The notes beneath the pieces were generated by a model that searched no databases, was not told where the DNA came from, and saw only the letters and a list, made by a program, of their open reading frames with translations. 64,000 nucleotides of DNA from Camelus ferus (Eukaryota), in the NCBI RefSeq assembly GCF_009834535.1, contig NC_045696.1:12960001-13024000 (forward strand), given 5' to 3'. Made by a program: the position numbers and the translations under genes. Of this stretch, positions 1 to 12,964 are shown piece after piece; position 1 is the first letter of the stretch, and each line of letters starts with the position of its first letter.

Positions 1-1928
1 ACCATAATTCACCACAACAGGCTGACATGTAAGTTCATGAGAAAGGCGAGGCTCTGTACAGAAGCCTCTGATCCGTAAAGTTATCTTTCCTATCCTCGAG
101 GGCTGTCATAGAAAGGAGAGAGAAGGAGATCTCTTTGGTTTTCAAATTTGGGAAGGCCAACACCAGCATTCCTTTTAGGAGATGAAGTCTGACTCTAGCT
201 CCCTTGCGGTTCCCTGATTCCTGCCTTAGATCGTGTCTTCTGGACTGTAGGCTGCTTCCATTTGTTGGACTTCATTTTTTGATTTCATTTGGTGACTTTG
301 GTGTTGATAAAAGTCCACTTTGCCCTTCTTTTGGCTGACTCTGGAATAGTGCTGTCGCAGCTGCAAAATCACTGTGGTTTGGAGCCAGGCCAGAAGATGG
401 AGGAATCAGCATAAACAGAGACCCGGGCACCAAGACAAGTTGAAGAAGTAGAAGATGGAAGAAAAGTGAGATGTAAGACTAAATGCATCTATTTGTATAA
501 TTTCAATTAATTATTTGATTGGTTGAATGATTAATTTAGTAAGAACACTTAGTGGGTCTATTTCCTTGATTTCAGAGGGATTATAGAAAGTAACATTTTC
601 ACTCACTTTCCAGAGGTGGATTTTTTTTTTTTTTGCTGTTTTATCAAGGCATCTCTTTTACGGAACATATAGTTTAGATGGTGAAACTATTTTTCTTGAC
701 TTTTAGACTTTCTTGAAAGTCTAGAGGAGGATGGGTATTGTTACCTGTGGCCATAAAGAATTCTTATTGAAAAACTTTAAATAGGAGAAAAATCTGATTT
801 CAGTGTAGAATAAGCAGAGAATGTCCCTCTCTTGCAAAAATTAAAATGATTTCCAGTATACGCAAACTATCTTTGCTGATCAAGGAAAATAAACCCTCCT
901 GTAATTGTTTCTTCTTACTGTAACATATAATGTCAGTAAAATATTTTACCGTATCTGCATGCAAATTGGCATCCAAACTAGTGGTCTTTTATTCAGAAAC
1001 GGAATTGCATGGGGACATCTCCTTAAACCCTTCCCTTTCATCATCCAGGATTACATGTGTCAGTTTCTTAGTCTGATCCCCTCTTGGATCTTGGGGCTTG
1101 AAAGAGATTGCTTGGACCCCCAGCCATTGTCTATTCGCCTCCCCTCCCCGGCTCCACGTTTCGTGCAATGCCTGGCATTTGCGTTGAATGGAATGCGTAA
1201 TTAAACACGTGGTTGAACAAAGCACACGATCTAGTTCCAGAAAGGAATAGAACATCTAATGCAGACCAGTTAGTAGAGGGGAATGACTGCCCAGGTCTCC
1301 CGGCTTCTTTCCTTGGTGTCTCTGCCTTTGGTGCTCAAATACCTCCTGGAGCTGCAGCTACCGTGCTAGGACTCCCTGCATTTTCCACTCTCAGATCCAA
1401 GCAATGACACCCTCACCTTTTCTTACTCCACGTTGGCACTTTTGGGTAGAACCCAATCTCTTCAAAAAGAATGTGATTAAAATACCAAGGGAAAAATATG
1501 AAAAGAAAGGAAAAACAATATTCATACCCATCCATACAAAAGATGAAAAACCGTAGCTGCCACTTAATAGATGTTTTCTTGTGTGCCGGATTCTGTGCAA
1601 AGGCTTCTCCAGACATGAAGAGAGGGACTGTTCTCTCTGCTCTGGAGATGCGGAACTCAGGGCCAGAGAGAGTTATTACTTGCCCAGCACCCCACCATTG
1701 GCCAGTGGTGAAACTCAGATGAGAACAATGATTATTTGATTCCACAGCTCATGCTTTGAAAAGAAGATACTGCTAAGCAAAAAAAAAATGACTCTAGCTT
1801 ATGCACCAAAGAGATTGATTTAGCATAAAAATGCTCTTTCTTAAGATTCAGCCACTGGTTGGGTTGGCATTTTTACAGTCTAGCTGCCTGGGTTTTCTGC
1901 CCACACCTCTAGCAGCAGCCCTTGTACC

Positions 1929-2050
1929 ACTTACACACTGATTTGTGGCAAAATGAGCACATCTCTTCTTCTTCATAGTTTTTTTTTCTGGGGCGCCCCC
2001 GCCTATATACCTCACACCCCTCCTCAACCTAGGCTTTCCCATAAAGTATG
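1929..2050 (-). promoter_or_regulatory. Candidate TATA-type promoter with ~45-nt first exon (~1979->1935) of an unidentified minus-strand transcript
   Basis: Minus strand reads TTTATGG (2045-2039), GGGTGTG (2019-2013), TATATAG (2009-2003), GC box, then TGT|GTAAGT donor (ACTTAC at 1929-1934 on +). Motifs only; no transcript evidence. Confidence 0.4.
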
Positions 2051-5000
2051 TCGGCAGGTAGAGAGTTTCAACCTCTTAACTGTAAAGCAGTGGTTATTGA
2101 TACCGTAGAAATCCAAAGCTTGATTGGTCTGTCTCATTTTAATTTCCAATATTTTCCACTTTCTTAGTTTCTCTATGTATCATTAGGTCCCTTAGTGCCT
2201 TTATTTCACCAATGAAAGGAGTAGCTTCTCAGAATTTGGCTTGTATAATATAAATATATTTGACAATTACGTACTTACAATGAGGACGTTTTCCTCTAAA
2301 AAGAATTATGCTAACACACTTGATATAATTATGATGTTTGTTCTTCACTGTTTATACCCCCTTCTAAAAATATGCACTGTGCATTAGGGGATAGTACAAT
2401 CTATCCAACAGCAAGAAAAACTTATTCTGAGTGCTGCAATTATGTCAGTTATGTCATGAAACCCTGAATTGTGGCTCTCTGTCAAAATGGGCTATAACTC
2501 CTTAGACACGCAGGAGATGATGAATTTCCAAGATAACTCACTGAAGTGTCTTTGTTGAGCTGACATATTTGAGATACCTTACACGGTAGACAGGTTCTCA
2601 GTATGCAACGCATCCCTGAGCAGGAGGCACTGGGGGTTTTGCTCAACTGCTTCACATTCAGATGAGTTGCTGATTATTTCGTTGGCCAGATCAAATTAAT
2701 CCTTTCCCCTTGAGTGGCAGCATTCATTTAAAAATATTTGTTGAATGCTTTCTATGTACCAAGGCACATTTCCAAGTATGGGGCACTCCCAGTGAATGAA
2801 ACTGACATCTACACTTCCACCCGTGGGAAGCGCAAACCCTACCATTAGGCATCAAAACAACACATCCTGAAAAATACACTTGGTAATTTTTAAGGCTAAA
2901 ATAGTTCAAAAGTATCAGGATGTAGATTTATATTTTAAGCATCTTTCAAAAGGTCTTAGGCACTTGTCTGAACCAGCTTCTATTATTCATCTGCTGTATC
3001 TCTTGATGAATCATTTCTTGCTGTTTCTCTTTCAGTCCCCTTTCTACACTCTATTTGCAAAGTCAGAAAATATAGGTTAAACTTAAAAACAATATGTTAG
3101 ATGCATTTTCAAATAATAGGCTCAAGAAGCTTTCAAATGAGGTAGATTTGCCCTAGATTTAAAGCAAAAGGCCTAATTGTAAAAATAGGGGAAAAAACCT
3201 CTAATATAAAACACTACTTACTGTCTGTCTAAAAATTCTGGAAGCACATGGAATATGGTATAATTACTATACTTTTTAAGGGTTCTGAAGGTTGAAGGAA
3301 TACAGACTAAGCTGTTTGACATTGTAATTGACACATTGTGGAAAATTAGTTTTCTATCCTGTTTCCTGACTTTGTGGGACACCCTATATTTTACTTCTGT
3401 ATCCACTGCAATGAGGAAGTAGCCATGTCTTGACAGTTCAGATATTTCTCTTGTTTTATCTCTCCTTTATTCTCCCTACATTGTGAAACAGAGGACGAGG
3501 TTGGATGCTATAAACCAAAAGGCGGAGTGGAATGCAAATTTTCTTCTAGGACACCTTCTATTGACTTAACCTTGATTTAGGCAATGGAGGTCTGGTTTAA
3601 TGGAAAGAAACAGGAAGTCTTTTTTTGGGTTTTACATTAGTCGCAAGGGCTTTTCTGACACAGGCCAAACTGATTCCCTCAGTGTTCTCCTCTGTGAAAT
3701 GCGATTTTGGGGGTAGATATTTTCTAAGTCCCTTCTTGCCCTGACAGTATGTGCTTCCATTACACATGTGTCCTTCTGAACTTGAGAAGGTGGAAGGGGT
3801 CACATTTCTTCCTACGTTTTTGATATCTCTGCCCATATTTACCATCTCTGTAAGGGTTGGAATTCATCATTAAAGGAAATAATTCTTTCATGCTTTATTA
3901 GTAAAAAGTTAGAAAGTCAAGTGACTCCTCTCTCAATCAATTAGCAATTGTATGAAAGAGCAAGAAATTCACAAATTGTAGGGGAGGAAAAAGCCATTAC
4001 TTGGTATCTAGGATTTTGTGGCTTGTAGTTATTCTTGAATATTTTAAGGACTCAAAAAATTGTAAATACTTTCAACAAGGATAGTTTCCAGAACTCACAG
4101 CCCCATGTTGAGTTCTTCTGTATTTCATGGTTAAAAAATATAAATCAATTTTGTTAATGGAGCACCACAGATTAGAAGGAGGAGGCCTAGGCTATTTCAA
4201 GTATTTTAACCCATTGTTTCTCAGGAACTTCCACATGGATGTTTTGTAAATTGAAAGAAGCTAAACGAGGAGGCACCCGCAGAAATCTGTGGCCAGTCTG
4301 CACGCAAACCAAAGCATTTGGCAAAGGGCTCTGTGCTGATGTGCACGCAATCCAGCAGAAGAGCTGAAAATGTTATTTTCATAGTTGAATGATTAAAATA
4401 GAAATGGTTTGTTTACTCTCTCCAACTGTGGTTAGGAAATACACTAGATTAAAACTCAGGCAAGTGAGTTTCTGTTTCTGATCTGCCAACTACTGGGGTA
4501 AGTTGGTCTCTCCATGTGCTCATCTTGGCAGGCATCTCCTCAGGCTCTTTACCAGAGAGACAGGAAACAATGATGACAGAGCCCGGCAAGCCCAGACCCA
4601 ACATGAGCCTCCTCTGTAATTTTGGATGGTTCTGAAAACTGGACCATCAACCCTAATTACCCATGTCGGGAATCCTGTGCGCACTCAGCCACATTTCTCA
4701 ACAGCTTGCCCGGGCCATGCCCCTGAAAACGGCTCAGACCTGCTCCACGGGGGCATTAATCCTGGCAGCTGCAGAGGGTGAACTCATTTTAGGCATATGT
4801 TTCTGTAAACAACCAAAATATCCACTGTTGGAAGCATGGACCTGACCCAACACTGTAGCTGCCAATGGTCTCACACTTGCAACTCACACTGTGTAATTTA
4901 CAAACTTTCACCAGATAGCAGATCTTGGGCAGATAAATTTTGGTGACCTTCTAGCTCTCTGCCCACTCTCTGCAAACTGAACCACAGAAACCACAACCAC

Positions 5001-6231
5001 CGGCACCACCTCCATTACAACAAAACTCATTGCAGTGGTTTGATGCCATTCCTCAGCTGTTTCTCAGAGCCACCAAGCTAACTGTCACAAAAGAATTGAG
5101 CTTCCTGTGCCATCAGCAAAAATATCTGAGTTAAGTGCGGATTGTATGTATTTTTTCCGCTCTCCACACACCAAAGTGTGAGAGTCATGATAAAATGATG
5201 GCCATTTTATAGTTAAGAAAGCCAACGTTAAAAATCAATTGCCCAAAGCTATTGCTTACAGTGACAGAGCTGGACTGTAAATTCTATCCTCTAATTCTAA
5301 GCAGTGTCAGTCAAATGTTAAAAAACAAGCATAGACATTTATTTCTCCAAATGTTTTCTTTTCAACCTAGAATTTTGAGCTTTTTTGTCGATATTCAGTC
5401 AAATTTTATGATAAGAATACTACTCCTATTAAAGGTCACATTATGTAACTATATTTGAGTGACTGTATGCCGTGAAGATAGAATGATGTGACTTGCAAAT
5501 GATTTTGAGAAATGTTTTATGAGTATGCCTAAAATTTTAATGCTTCTCTCTAATTCAAATTGTGTATTCATGAGAAGTAGTTTAAGAAAGAGAAAATATA
5601 ACCCACATTTTTATTTGATGCTTTTTAAAAATTATGAAGAGAAAACAGATGAGAATATTGTACAGCAAATTATGCATTTCAGCAAATATTTATTTAGAAC
5701 TAACAGTGTGTAGGTTACTTTGTTGATTAGAATGCTAGGTTACAAGAGAAATAATTATCTTATAGATTTATCATAAGGCATTATCTTGAATAATCTAAAA
5801 TGTTAAATGATTTTGAGGGGAAAGATGTTGAGAGGAAATACAGAGCCAGGCTATAGAGCAATCTTCAGTTGAACTTGGATTTGTTAGAATAAGTATTTAT
5901 GGGATGATGTCCAACAGGAATCACGGGATATGATGGCCATCTAGGGCCTGCTGATTTTAGAAATGAACCTACTGAGGCCAAGTGAAGTTGTGTCTTGCTC
6001 AAAGCTTCTAGCAGTGAGCAGGGTCTAAAATCTAAGTTTTCTGATTTCAAGCCATTTGCTGGTTCAGCAAACCCTAGATTCTTTTCTAAAGGAAAAAAAA
6101 ATTCTTCACCTGAAAGCTTTGCAAAATTTTTGCAGGGCTGTTAACTTGAGGTTGACCATGCTCAAGGCTGCGCTTCTGCAGAAAAAAAACGACTTGACTA
6201 CACTTCTGAGGAATATTTTTCCCATCAAGAA

Positions 6232-7218
6232 CTAACACTGGACACCTCACCAGAGAAAGTATGTAGGTGGTAAATAAGCATTAGAAAAGATGTTCCACAT
6301 TATATGTCATCAGGGAAATGAAAATAAAACAATAATGAGATACTACCATATACCTTTGAGAATGCCCAAATTCTGGAACACTGGTGTCACCAAATGTGCA
6401 TAAGAATATGGAGCAAAAGGAACTTCCATTCATTGCTGGTGAGAATTCGAAATGGTAGAGCCACTTTGGAAGACGGTTGGTGATTTATTACATAACTAAA
6501 CATACTCTTACCATACAATCCAACAAGTTCACTCCTTGGTATTTACCCAAAGGAACTGAAAACTTACATTCACACAAAAACCTACAAATGTTGAAAGCAG
6601 CTTTATTCATAATTGTCAAAATTGGGAGCAACCAAGATGTCCTTCAGTAAATGAATGGATAAATAAACTGTGGTACCTCCAGACAATGGAATATTATTCA
6701 GTGTTAAAAAAGAAAATCTATCAAGCCAGGAAAACACATGAAGGAAGCTTAAATGTGTACTATCAATTGAAAGAAGCCAGCCTCAAAAGGTTATATACCA
6801 TATGATTCTAACTGTATGATGTTCTGGAAAAGGCAAAACCATGGAGACCACAAAAAGATCAGTGGTTGGTGGGGGATAAGGGGAGGGAGGAATGAATAGG
6901 TGGAGCACAGGGGATTTTTAGGACAGACTACTCTGTATGATACTAAAATGGTAAATACATGCTATTATACATTTGTTCAAACCCATAGAATGTACAACAC
7001 CAGGAGTGAACCCTAAAGTAACTATGGACTTTCCATGATAATGTGTTAACATAGGTTCATCAATTGCAACAAATGAATATTCCTGGTGGGGTGGTGGGGG
7101 TGGCATTGATAATGGAGAAGGCTAGAAGTTTATGCATGACTGGGGGCAGTGGGTAAAATACCTGCACCTTCTCAATTTTGCTGTGAACCTAAAACTCTAG
7201 TAATAACATTTACTAAAA
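6232..7218 (+). mobile_element. Old L1 3' end (L1MC1-like)
   Basis: ORF2 C-terminal/3'UTR signatures: 'ccatacaatccaacaagttcactccttggtatttacccaaagga', 'aaacccatagaatgtacaacaccaggagtgaaccctaa', 'gctgtgaacctaaaactc'. Confidence 0.85.
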
Positions 7219-8870
7219 TAATTATTTAAAATCAGAAATTATAGTCATATTCACATTTTACATTTAAAATTCATATTTTCATTGATCATACAAGGTGGAA
7301 AAATGGAAAACATTTTTTCATCTTTCCTAAGAGTGTCCACATGAAGCTTTCCCAAACCTCAAAATCCTTATGATAAAGAAGGTAAGGAAATGCAGGCAGT
7401 GAATTTTGTTTTGACTTCTGTTCAGAATGTGGGTTTTACCATTCCCCAGTGAGGCATATGTCCCAATTCCTTGTAACTCTACACTTCTTGAGTTAATAAA
7501 AATAAGAATTATCCAATGCTATTTCGTGCAGCACCCGATTAGCCATTTCCCCTTTACTCTGTAGTGATTCTCACTCACGTAAAGGAAATAGTCAGCAAAA
7601 AGTAGAACACATATTACTGAATGATTTTTTTTTCTCAGTAGAATTTGGTCACATGAACTTCTCATTTGGGTAGCCAGTTATTTTTATGTAACTTATCTTT
7701 CTTATATTTATAGACATTAAACTCCCTATTAAACATTTTCTATTTTCTGTTTATTCACCACTAGATAGAGTCACATTGAATCTTTATTCACAAGAAGAAG
7801 GGCTTATTTCCCCATTTTCATCATAGTTCCCAAAGTGCTTTTTTTGGATGATTTCTTTCATTCTTATTCCAAGAAGATTGTCTAACCTTCCCTTAAAAAA
7901 TTATATCTTACAGCAAGTGTTCTGATGTTTCATTTAGTCACAAATGAGAAAACGAATTTTAACATGGCTGTCGTTCTTTGAGGAAAGCTATGTGGGTGGG
8001 AGTCAGCATCACTTAAGAAAAAGACAAACATTCCTTTGTCCTCCTGTTCCCGATTCCAGAAATCTGGGGTTCTGTCCAAACTCTTGAAATCATATAATTA
8101 TATTCCATCTCTCCTCTCCTGATAAGAAAGCCATGGGCAGAGATTTTTTAGAACTTAACTACTTATTCAACTTGAGCTAGGACTAAACTTTCTATTCATT
8201 TTCATGTTTAAAGTCAATTTTCCAGCTTTAAAATTTTTCCTATAAACTGATTCATTGTCCAATGAAGAATAAAACTAAGAAATCAGAACTTGCTTTAAAA
8301 AAGTACTAGCAATGCTTTTTAAAAAATAAACATTTAAACATTTGAACACTTACAACATTTTAAAATGTGCAGTGCTGACTGGTAGCAATATCTACTTTTT
8401 GTATTTTTATGTAATGAGATTAAAGATGCTTTAATATCAATGTATTTGGCATTCTCAAATATTTTTGACTTTGAACATTCAAAATTCATCCATAAAATCT
8501 TTAAATGTTGTCTTTATGATTGGGGTTCTACATAAGAATTCATTTGAAAGTGATTTCCACTTCTTTAAAAGTTTATAACCATCACTTTAGAATATTTCCT
8601 TTTTCCATTGTAAAAGCACCATATTCTCATTAAAAATATTTAGGAAATACAAAGAGTTAAAACATGCCAATAGTCCTACCAATACATCTATACACAGCCA
8701 CTAATAATGTCTGGTATTTACTTTTTTAAAAATTTTCTCCCCTGTATATATTTTAAAAAATATTTTTATAATCATATTGTGTAAGAAATTTTGCCATGAC
8801 AATATTATATCATTTGTATTTTCACAGTATTATTATATCTCTTATAAAGAATATTAAAAATAGTTTTTAC

Positions 8871-9519
8871 TAGGAATAGACTTACTGTATGACCCAGGAA
8901 TCCCACTCCTGGGCTTGTATCCAGAAGGAACCCTACTTCAGGATGACACCTGCACCCCAATGTTCATAGCAGCAGTATTTACAATAGCCAAAACATGGAA
9001 ACAGCCTAAATGTCCATCAACAGGTGACTGGATAAAGAAGATGTGGTATATTTATACAGTGGAATACTACTCAGCCACAAAAACTGACAACATAATGCCA
9101 TTTGCAACAACATGGTGCTCCTGGAGAATGTCATTCTAAGTGAAGTAAGCCAGAAAGAGAAAGAAAAATACCATATGAGATCGTTCATATGTGGAGTCTA
9201 AACAAACAAAAACAAAAACAAACAAACAAAAATAAAGCATAAATACAGGACAGAAATAGACTCATAGAGAATACAGACTTGTGGTTGCCAGGGGGGCAGA
9301 GGGTGGGAAGGGATAGACTGGGATTTCAAAATTGTAGAATAGATAAACAAGATTATACTGTATAGCACAGGGAAATATACACAAAATGTTATGGTAGCTC
9401 ACAGAGAAAAAAATGTGACAATGAGTGTGTATATGTCCATGTATGACTGAAAAATTGTGCTGAACACTGGAATTTGACACAACATTGTAAAATGATTATA
9501 AATCAATAAAAAATGTTAA
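8871..9519 (+). mobile_element. Young 5'-truncated lineage-specific L1 with perfect TSD
   Basis: L1 3' end with AATAAA and A tail; 15-bp TSD AAAAATAGTTTTTAC at 8856-8870 and 9520-9534, preceded by a TT|AAAA-type nick site. Confidence 0.95.
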
Positions 9520-9984
9520 AAAAATAGTTTTTACCAAAGTAACATTTTAAGGTTTGTTTTGTTATTATAAAAGTAATATATAAAGTCTCCTATTCTCTGC
9601 TCCTCCTAGCAATCCCGACCGCCCTGCCGTCACTCCTTAGGAGAACCACTTTTAAGAGTTTCAGATATCCTTCCAGAAATTTCCAGGTGTATAAAAGTGT
9701 ATTCTTATTACATTTTCTATGTTATATGTTATTACATGTGCACACTTACATTGAAAGAATCATTCATACTTTATTTAGGGCAATAAAATGTCTTAGTGGC
9801 TTCTTTTTCAGAACACAGTCCATTTAGTTTCATTTATTTTTAAAGGCCAACAGTATTCTATTGTATCATGTATATGTATTCAGTGATGAACATTTAAATT
9901 ATTTCTGTGTTCTTGCAATTGTGAATGTAGACACTGAGATCACTGCCAACTCTGTGATCTTTGCATGGATTAGAAAATGACACT

Positions 9985-10400
9985 CTGCTATGAAGGACAT
10001 TTTCCATGGGCCTCTCCTGTTCCACTCTCTGCCACTCTCCACCTTGCTTGCTCCCTGGGAGGCTGACAGGCAAATGCATCCAACCAATGTATGGGGTCAG
10101 CCAATGGGAGCAGCTGCAGCAGATTGAAAAGAGGAAGCAGGAAGAGGTTGGGGTATTTATTCCCCAGACTCTCTTCCTGTCTGCTTGCAGGAGACTGGCT
10201 TCCTCTCTCAAGCTTTCTCCCTCTCTCTCTCCCAAGCTCCTGCCTTCCTTCTTTGATATCTGCTCCCTTTCCTGCCCTTCAAGTCCTAGGACACTGCACT
10301 AGCTTTTCTACTTTCTCTGCACTGTGTGCTACCTTTGTAAATAGCCTATTTATTAAACTCTACTCAGATTACCCAGTTTGAGTGCATCATCAGTTTCTTG
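9985..10400 (+). mobile_element. ERVL solo LTR (LTR33-like)
   Basis: 'gccaatgggag...gaggttggggtatttattcccc' and 3' 'ctttgtaaatagcctatttattaaactct...ttacccagtttgagtg' match the LTR33 layout. Confidence 0.75.
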
Positions 10401-10664
10401 TTAGGACTTGAAATGAAAACACTTTTCTCTTGACAGATACAGCTTAATTCACATTCTCTCTGCACTTTTGCCAGTTGTAGGTTGTAAGAGTTTAAAATAT
10501 TTGCAATTTTTATAGGTAAAAATGGTGTCTCATTTTTCTCTTTGACATTACGTTTCTTTAATTATGAGTTCAGCTGGGCGTCTTCATATACATCTTGGAT
10601 GTTTACATATACTTATCAATTTTTTCTATTGGGTTATTTTTTCCCTACTTATTTAAAAGTACTA

Positions 10665-10742
10665 TTTTAATTAATTAATTAACTAATTAATTTTTATTGA
10701 ACTATAGTTGATTTACAACATTGTGTTAATTTCTGGTGTACA
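10665..10742 (-). mobile_element. Very short L1 3' tip with (TTAA)n-type tail
   Basis: 'tttttattgaactatagttgatttacaacattgtgttaatttctggtgtaca' flanked by TSD TAAAAGTACTA at 10654-10664 and 10743-10753. Confidence 0.85.
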
Positions 10743-11226
10743 TAAAAGTACTACTTTCATATTAAAGAAATAGGCTCTTTGTCATATTTATAGCAAATAT
10801 TCTTTTCCAACTTTTCTTTCCATGTAGATGTTTAAATGTTTTCATATAATGAAATAATATCAAAATTTTTTTCATGGCTTCTGGGTTTTGGGTCAGGTTA
10901 AGAAATGCTTTCTTCACCCCAAAATAATAAATTATTAAAAATTTTGTATCTAATATTCTTTTTATATGTACAATTTTGATCTATCAGGAATTAATTTTTA
11001 TATGGAAGAGGTAAGTGTCCAGATTTCATTTTCTAGATGGCTAGCTACTTATTCGGAGATAATGCTTTGGAGATGATTTGATTTGGCAATGACATGATAA
11101 TCAGTAGCACTTTTGCACTTTTCATAATTAATATGGAATGCCATATTTATTATACACTAAATTCTCAAAGGAATTTGAGTCTGTTTTTATACTCTTCATC
11201 TTCTTTCATAGATTTGTTTCTACAGT

Positions 11227-11803
11227 TGTGGTGGGAAGATTTGTAATTTGGCCCCCACTGGTCCTGGTGTTTATACCCTTGTGTAATTCCTTTCCCTTCA
11301 GTGTGGGTGGGACTTGCTTTTGAGAAATGGAATACTTTTCTAAGGAAAGTGATGGGATGTCACTTCAGCAATTAGATTACAAAAACTATGACTTCCATCC
11401 TAGTAGTTATCTCTCTGTCTTTGTCTGTCTGTTCTTTGTCTCTGTCTCTGTCTCTTGCTTGCTTGCTTTGGTGAAGCCAGCTGCCATGTTGTGAGCTGCC
11501 CTGTGGAGAGGGCACGTGGTAGGGAAATGAGGAAGATCTTTAGCTAACAGCCTATGAGGAACTGAATCTTTCCAACAATCAAATGAGTGAGATTGGAAGC
11601 AGGTCCTTCTCTAGTTGAGCCTTGAGATGACCATAGCTGTAGCCAATACTTTAACTGTAGCCTTGTGAGACACCCAGAGTTAGAAACCCAGCTAAATCAG
11701 GCCCAGATTCCTAACTCACAAAAACGACGAGATAAACAGCTCATGTTGTATAAGCTGATATGTTCTGGGGATATTTGTTATGCAACAATAGATCACTAAT
11801 ACA
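11227..11803 (+). mobile_element. MaLR solo LTR (MLT1F-like)
   Basis: Starts TG 'tgtggtggg', internal 'gccagctgccatgttgtgagctgccctgtggagagg', ends 'atttgttatgcaacaatagatcactaataca'. Confidence 0.85.
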
Positions 11804-12774
11804 CTCGTTCTGCCACAGGATGTTTTAGTTTTTATATGTTTTATTATTTAATAAAATCAGTTCTTTCTCATTTTATTTTCTCCAAAATTTTTTCCTTGGC
11901 TATTCTAGTGTGTTTAATCTTCCAGATGAATTTAATATAGTTTAACTAAGTACCTCCCAAAGTCTTCTTCCTTTTTGATTGATTTTTTTTGAAGGTTGAA
12001 TTGATAATAATAATTTAGGAACATTTACTCAACTCTCTTTTTATATTTCCTCACCATAGTTGTAATATTTTCTCATATTTGTTCTGCATATTCATTGTTA
12101 TGATGATTCCTAATTATTTGTGTTTGTTTTGTTATTTTGAGACATTGTTTTTGTTTTCTCTCATTATCATTTGTATGTAGGTAGACTATTCATTTTTATC
12201 AATGACATTTTTAACCAGCCACTTTATTTAATCCTTTTATGCGATCACATAATCTCTAATAATGACAATCATGTATCTTCCTTTTCAATATGTAGACTCA
12301 TTACTTATGTTTCTTATTTGATTACACTGAATTTTACTTCCAGAACAATGAATTATGGCAGTGGTGATAGCACCTTTATTTTGTTTGTGAAATTTGAATG
12401 GAGAATTGAGTCTTACCATTAAATTTGATGCTGGCTTTTGATGTGATTAAATAGAAGAATTGACCTACTTTGCTTTATATAAGGCATGGATGTTGGATGT
12501 TATGTCATTTATTTTCTGAGTTTATTGAGACATTGACCTGATTTTTCTCATGTGAAATATTAACACTACAAATTACACTAAGAGATTCTCTAACATTCAA
12601 CAGTGCAGTTCATGACCCCATAGGATCCCATCTGGTGAAAGCATCACTGCTTCCACTTCTCTGCAAACCAGTTTTTGCTTTTTTAAACTCCTCTTTAACC
12701 AACATCCTTACATATAACTTTGTTCTCTGTTACTGACAAAAATGGCTAACACATCTAGACACTTCTATCTCTCA

Positions 12775-12950
12775 GGCACTCTAACATCTTCATATTTATT
12801 AACCCATTTCTTAACAATTACAACAACCTTACGAACCAAGTATTATTATTATTGTGCCCATTTTACAGGTGAAGTACCTGAGGCACAGAAAGGTTAAATA
12901 ACCTACCTAAGTAAGAGACAGAAGTAAGGTTTACACCAGGTAGACTGGGG
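12775..12950 (-). mobile_element. MIR SINE
   Basis: Antisense MIR core 'cccattttacaggtgaagtacctgaggcacagaaaggttaaataacc'. Confidence 0.85.
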
Positions 12951-12964
12951 CTAGTCACAAATTA

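Larger units (their letters stand above)
10440..12600 (-). mobile_element. Fragmented old L1M (antisense ORF2 region), interrupted by younger inserts
   Basis: T-rich, degenerate antisense L1 phrases ('aatggtgtctcatt', 'ggcttctgggttttg', 'ttggctattctag...ttccagatgaattt', 'cttccagaacaatg'). Confidence 0.7.

Noticed and set aside
1..490. Exon-like balanced-composition sequence with a GTGAG after 465
   Set aside because: All frames I read on both strands hit stops within ~45 codons, and no protein was recognisable.
8915..9480. ORFs such as TCTPMFIAAVFTIAKTWKQPKCPS (similar ones at 22.1, 30.4, 31.5 and 63.3 kb)
   Set aside because: They are L1 ORF2 C-terminal relics in truncated copies, not genes.
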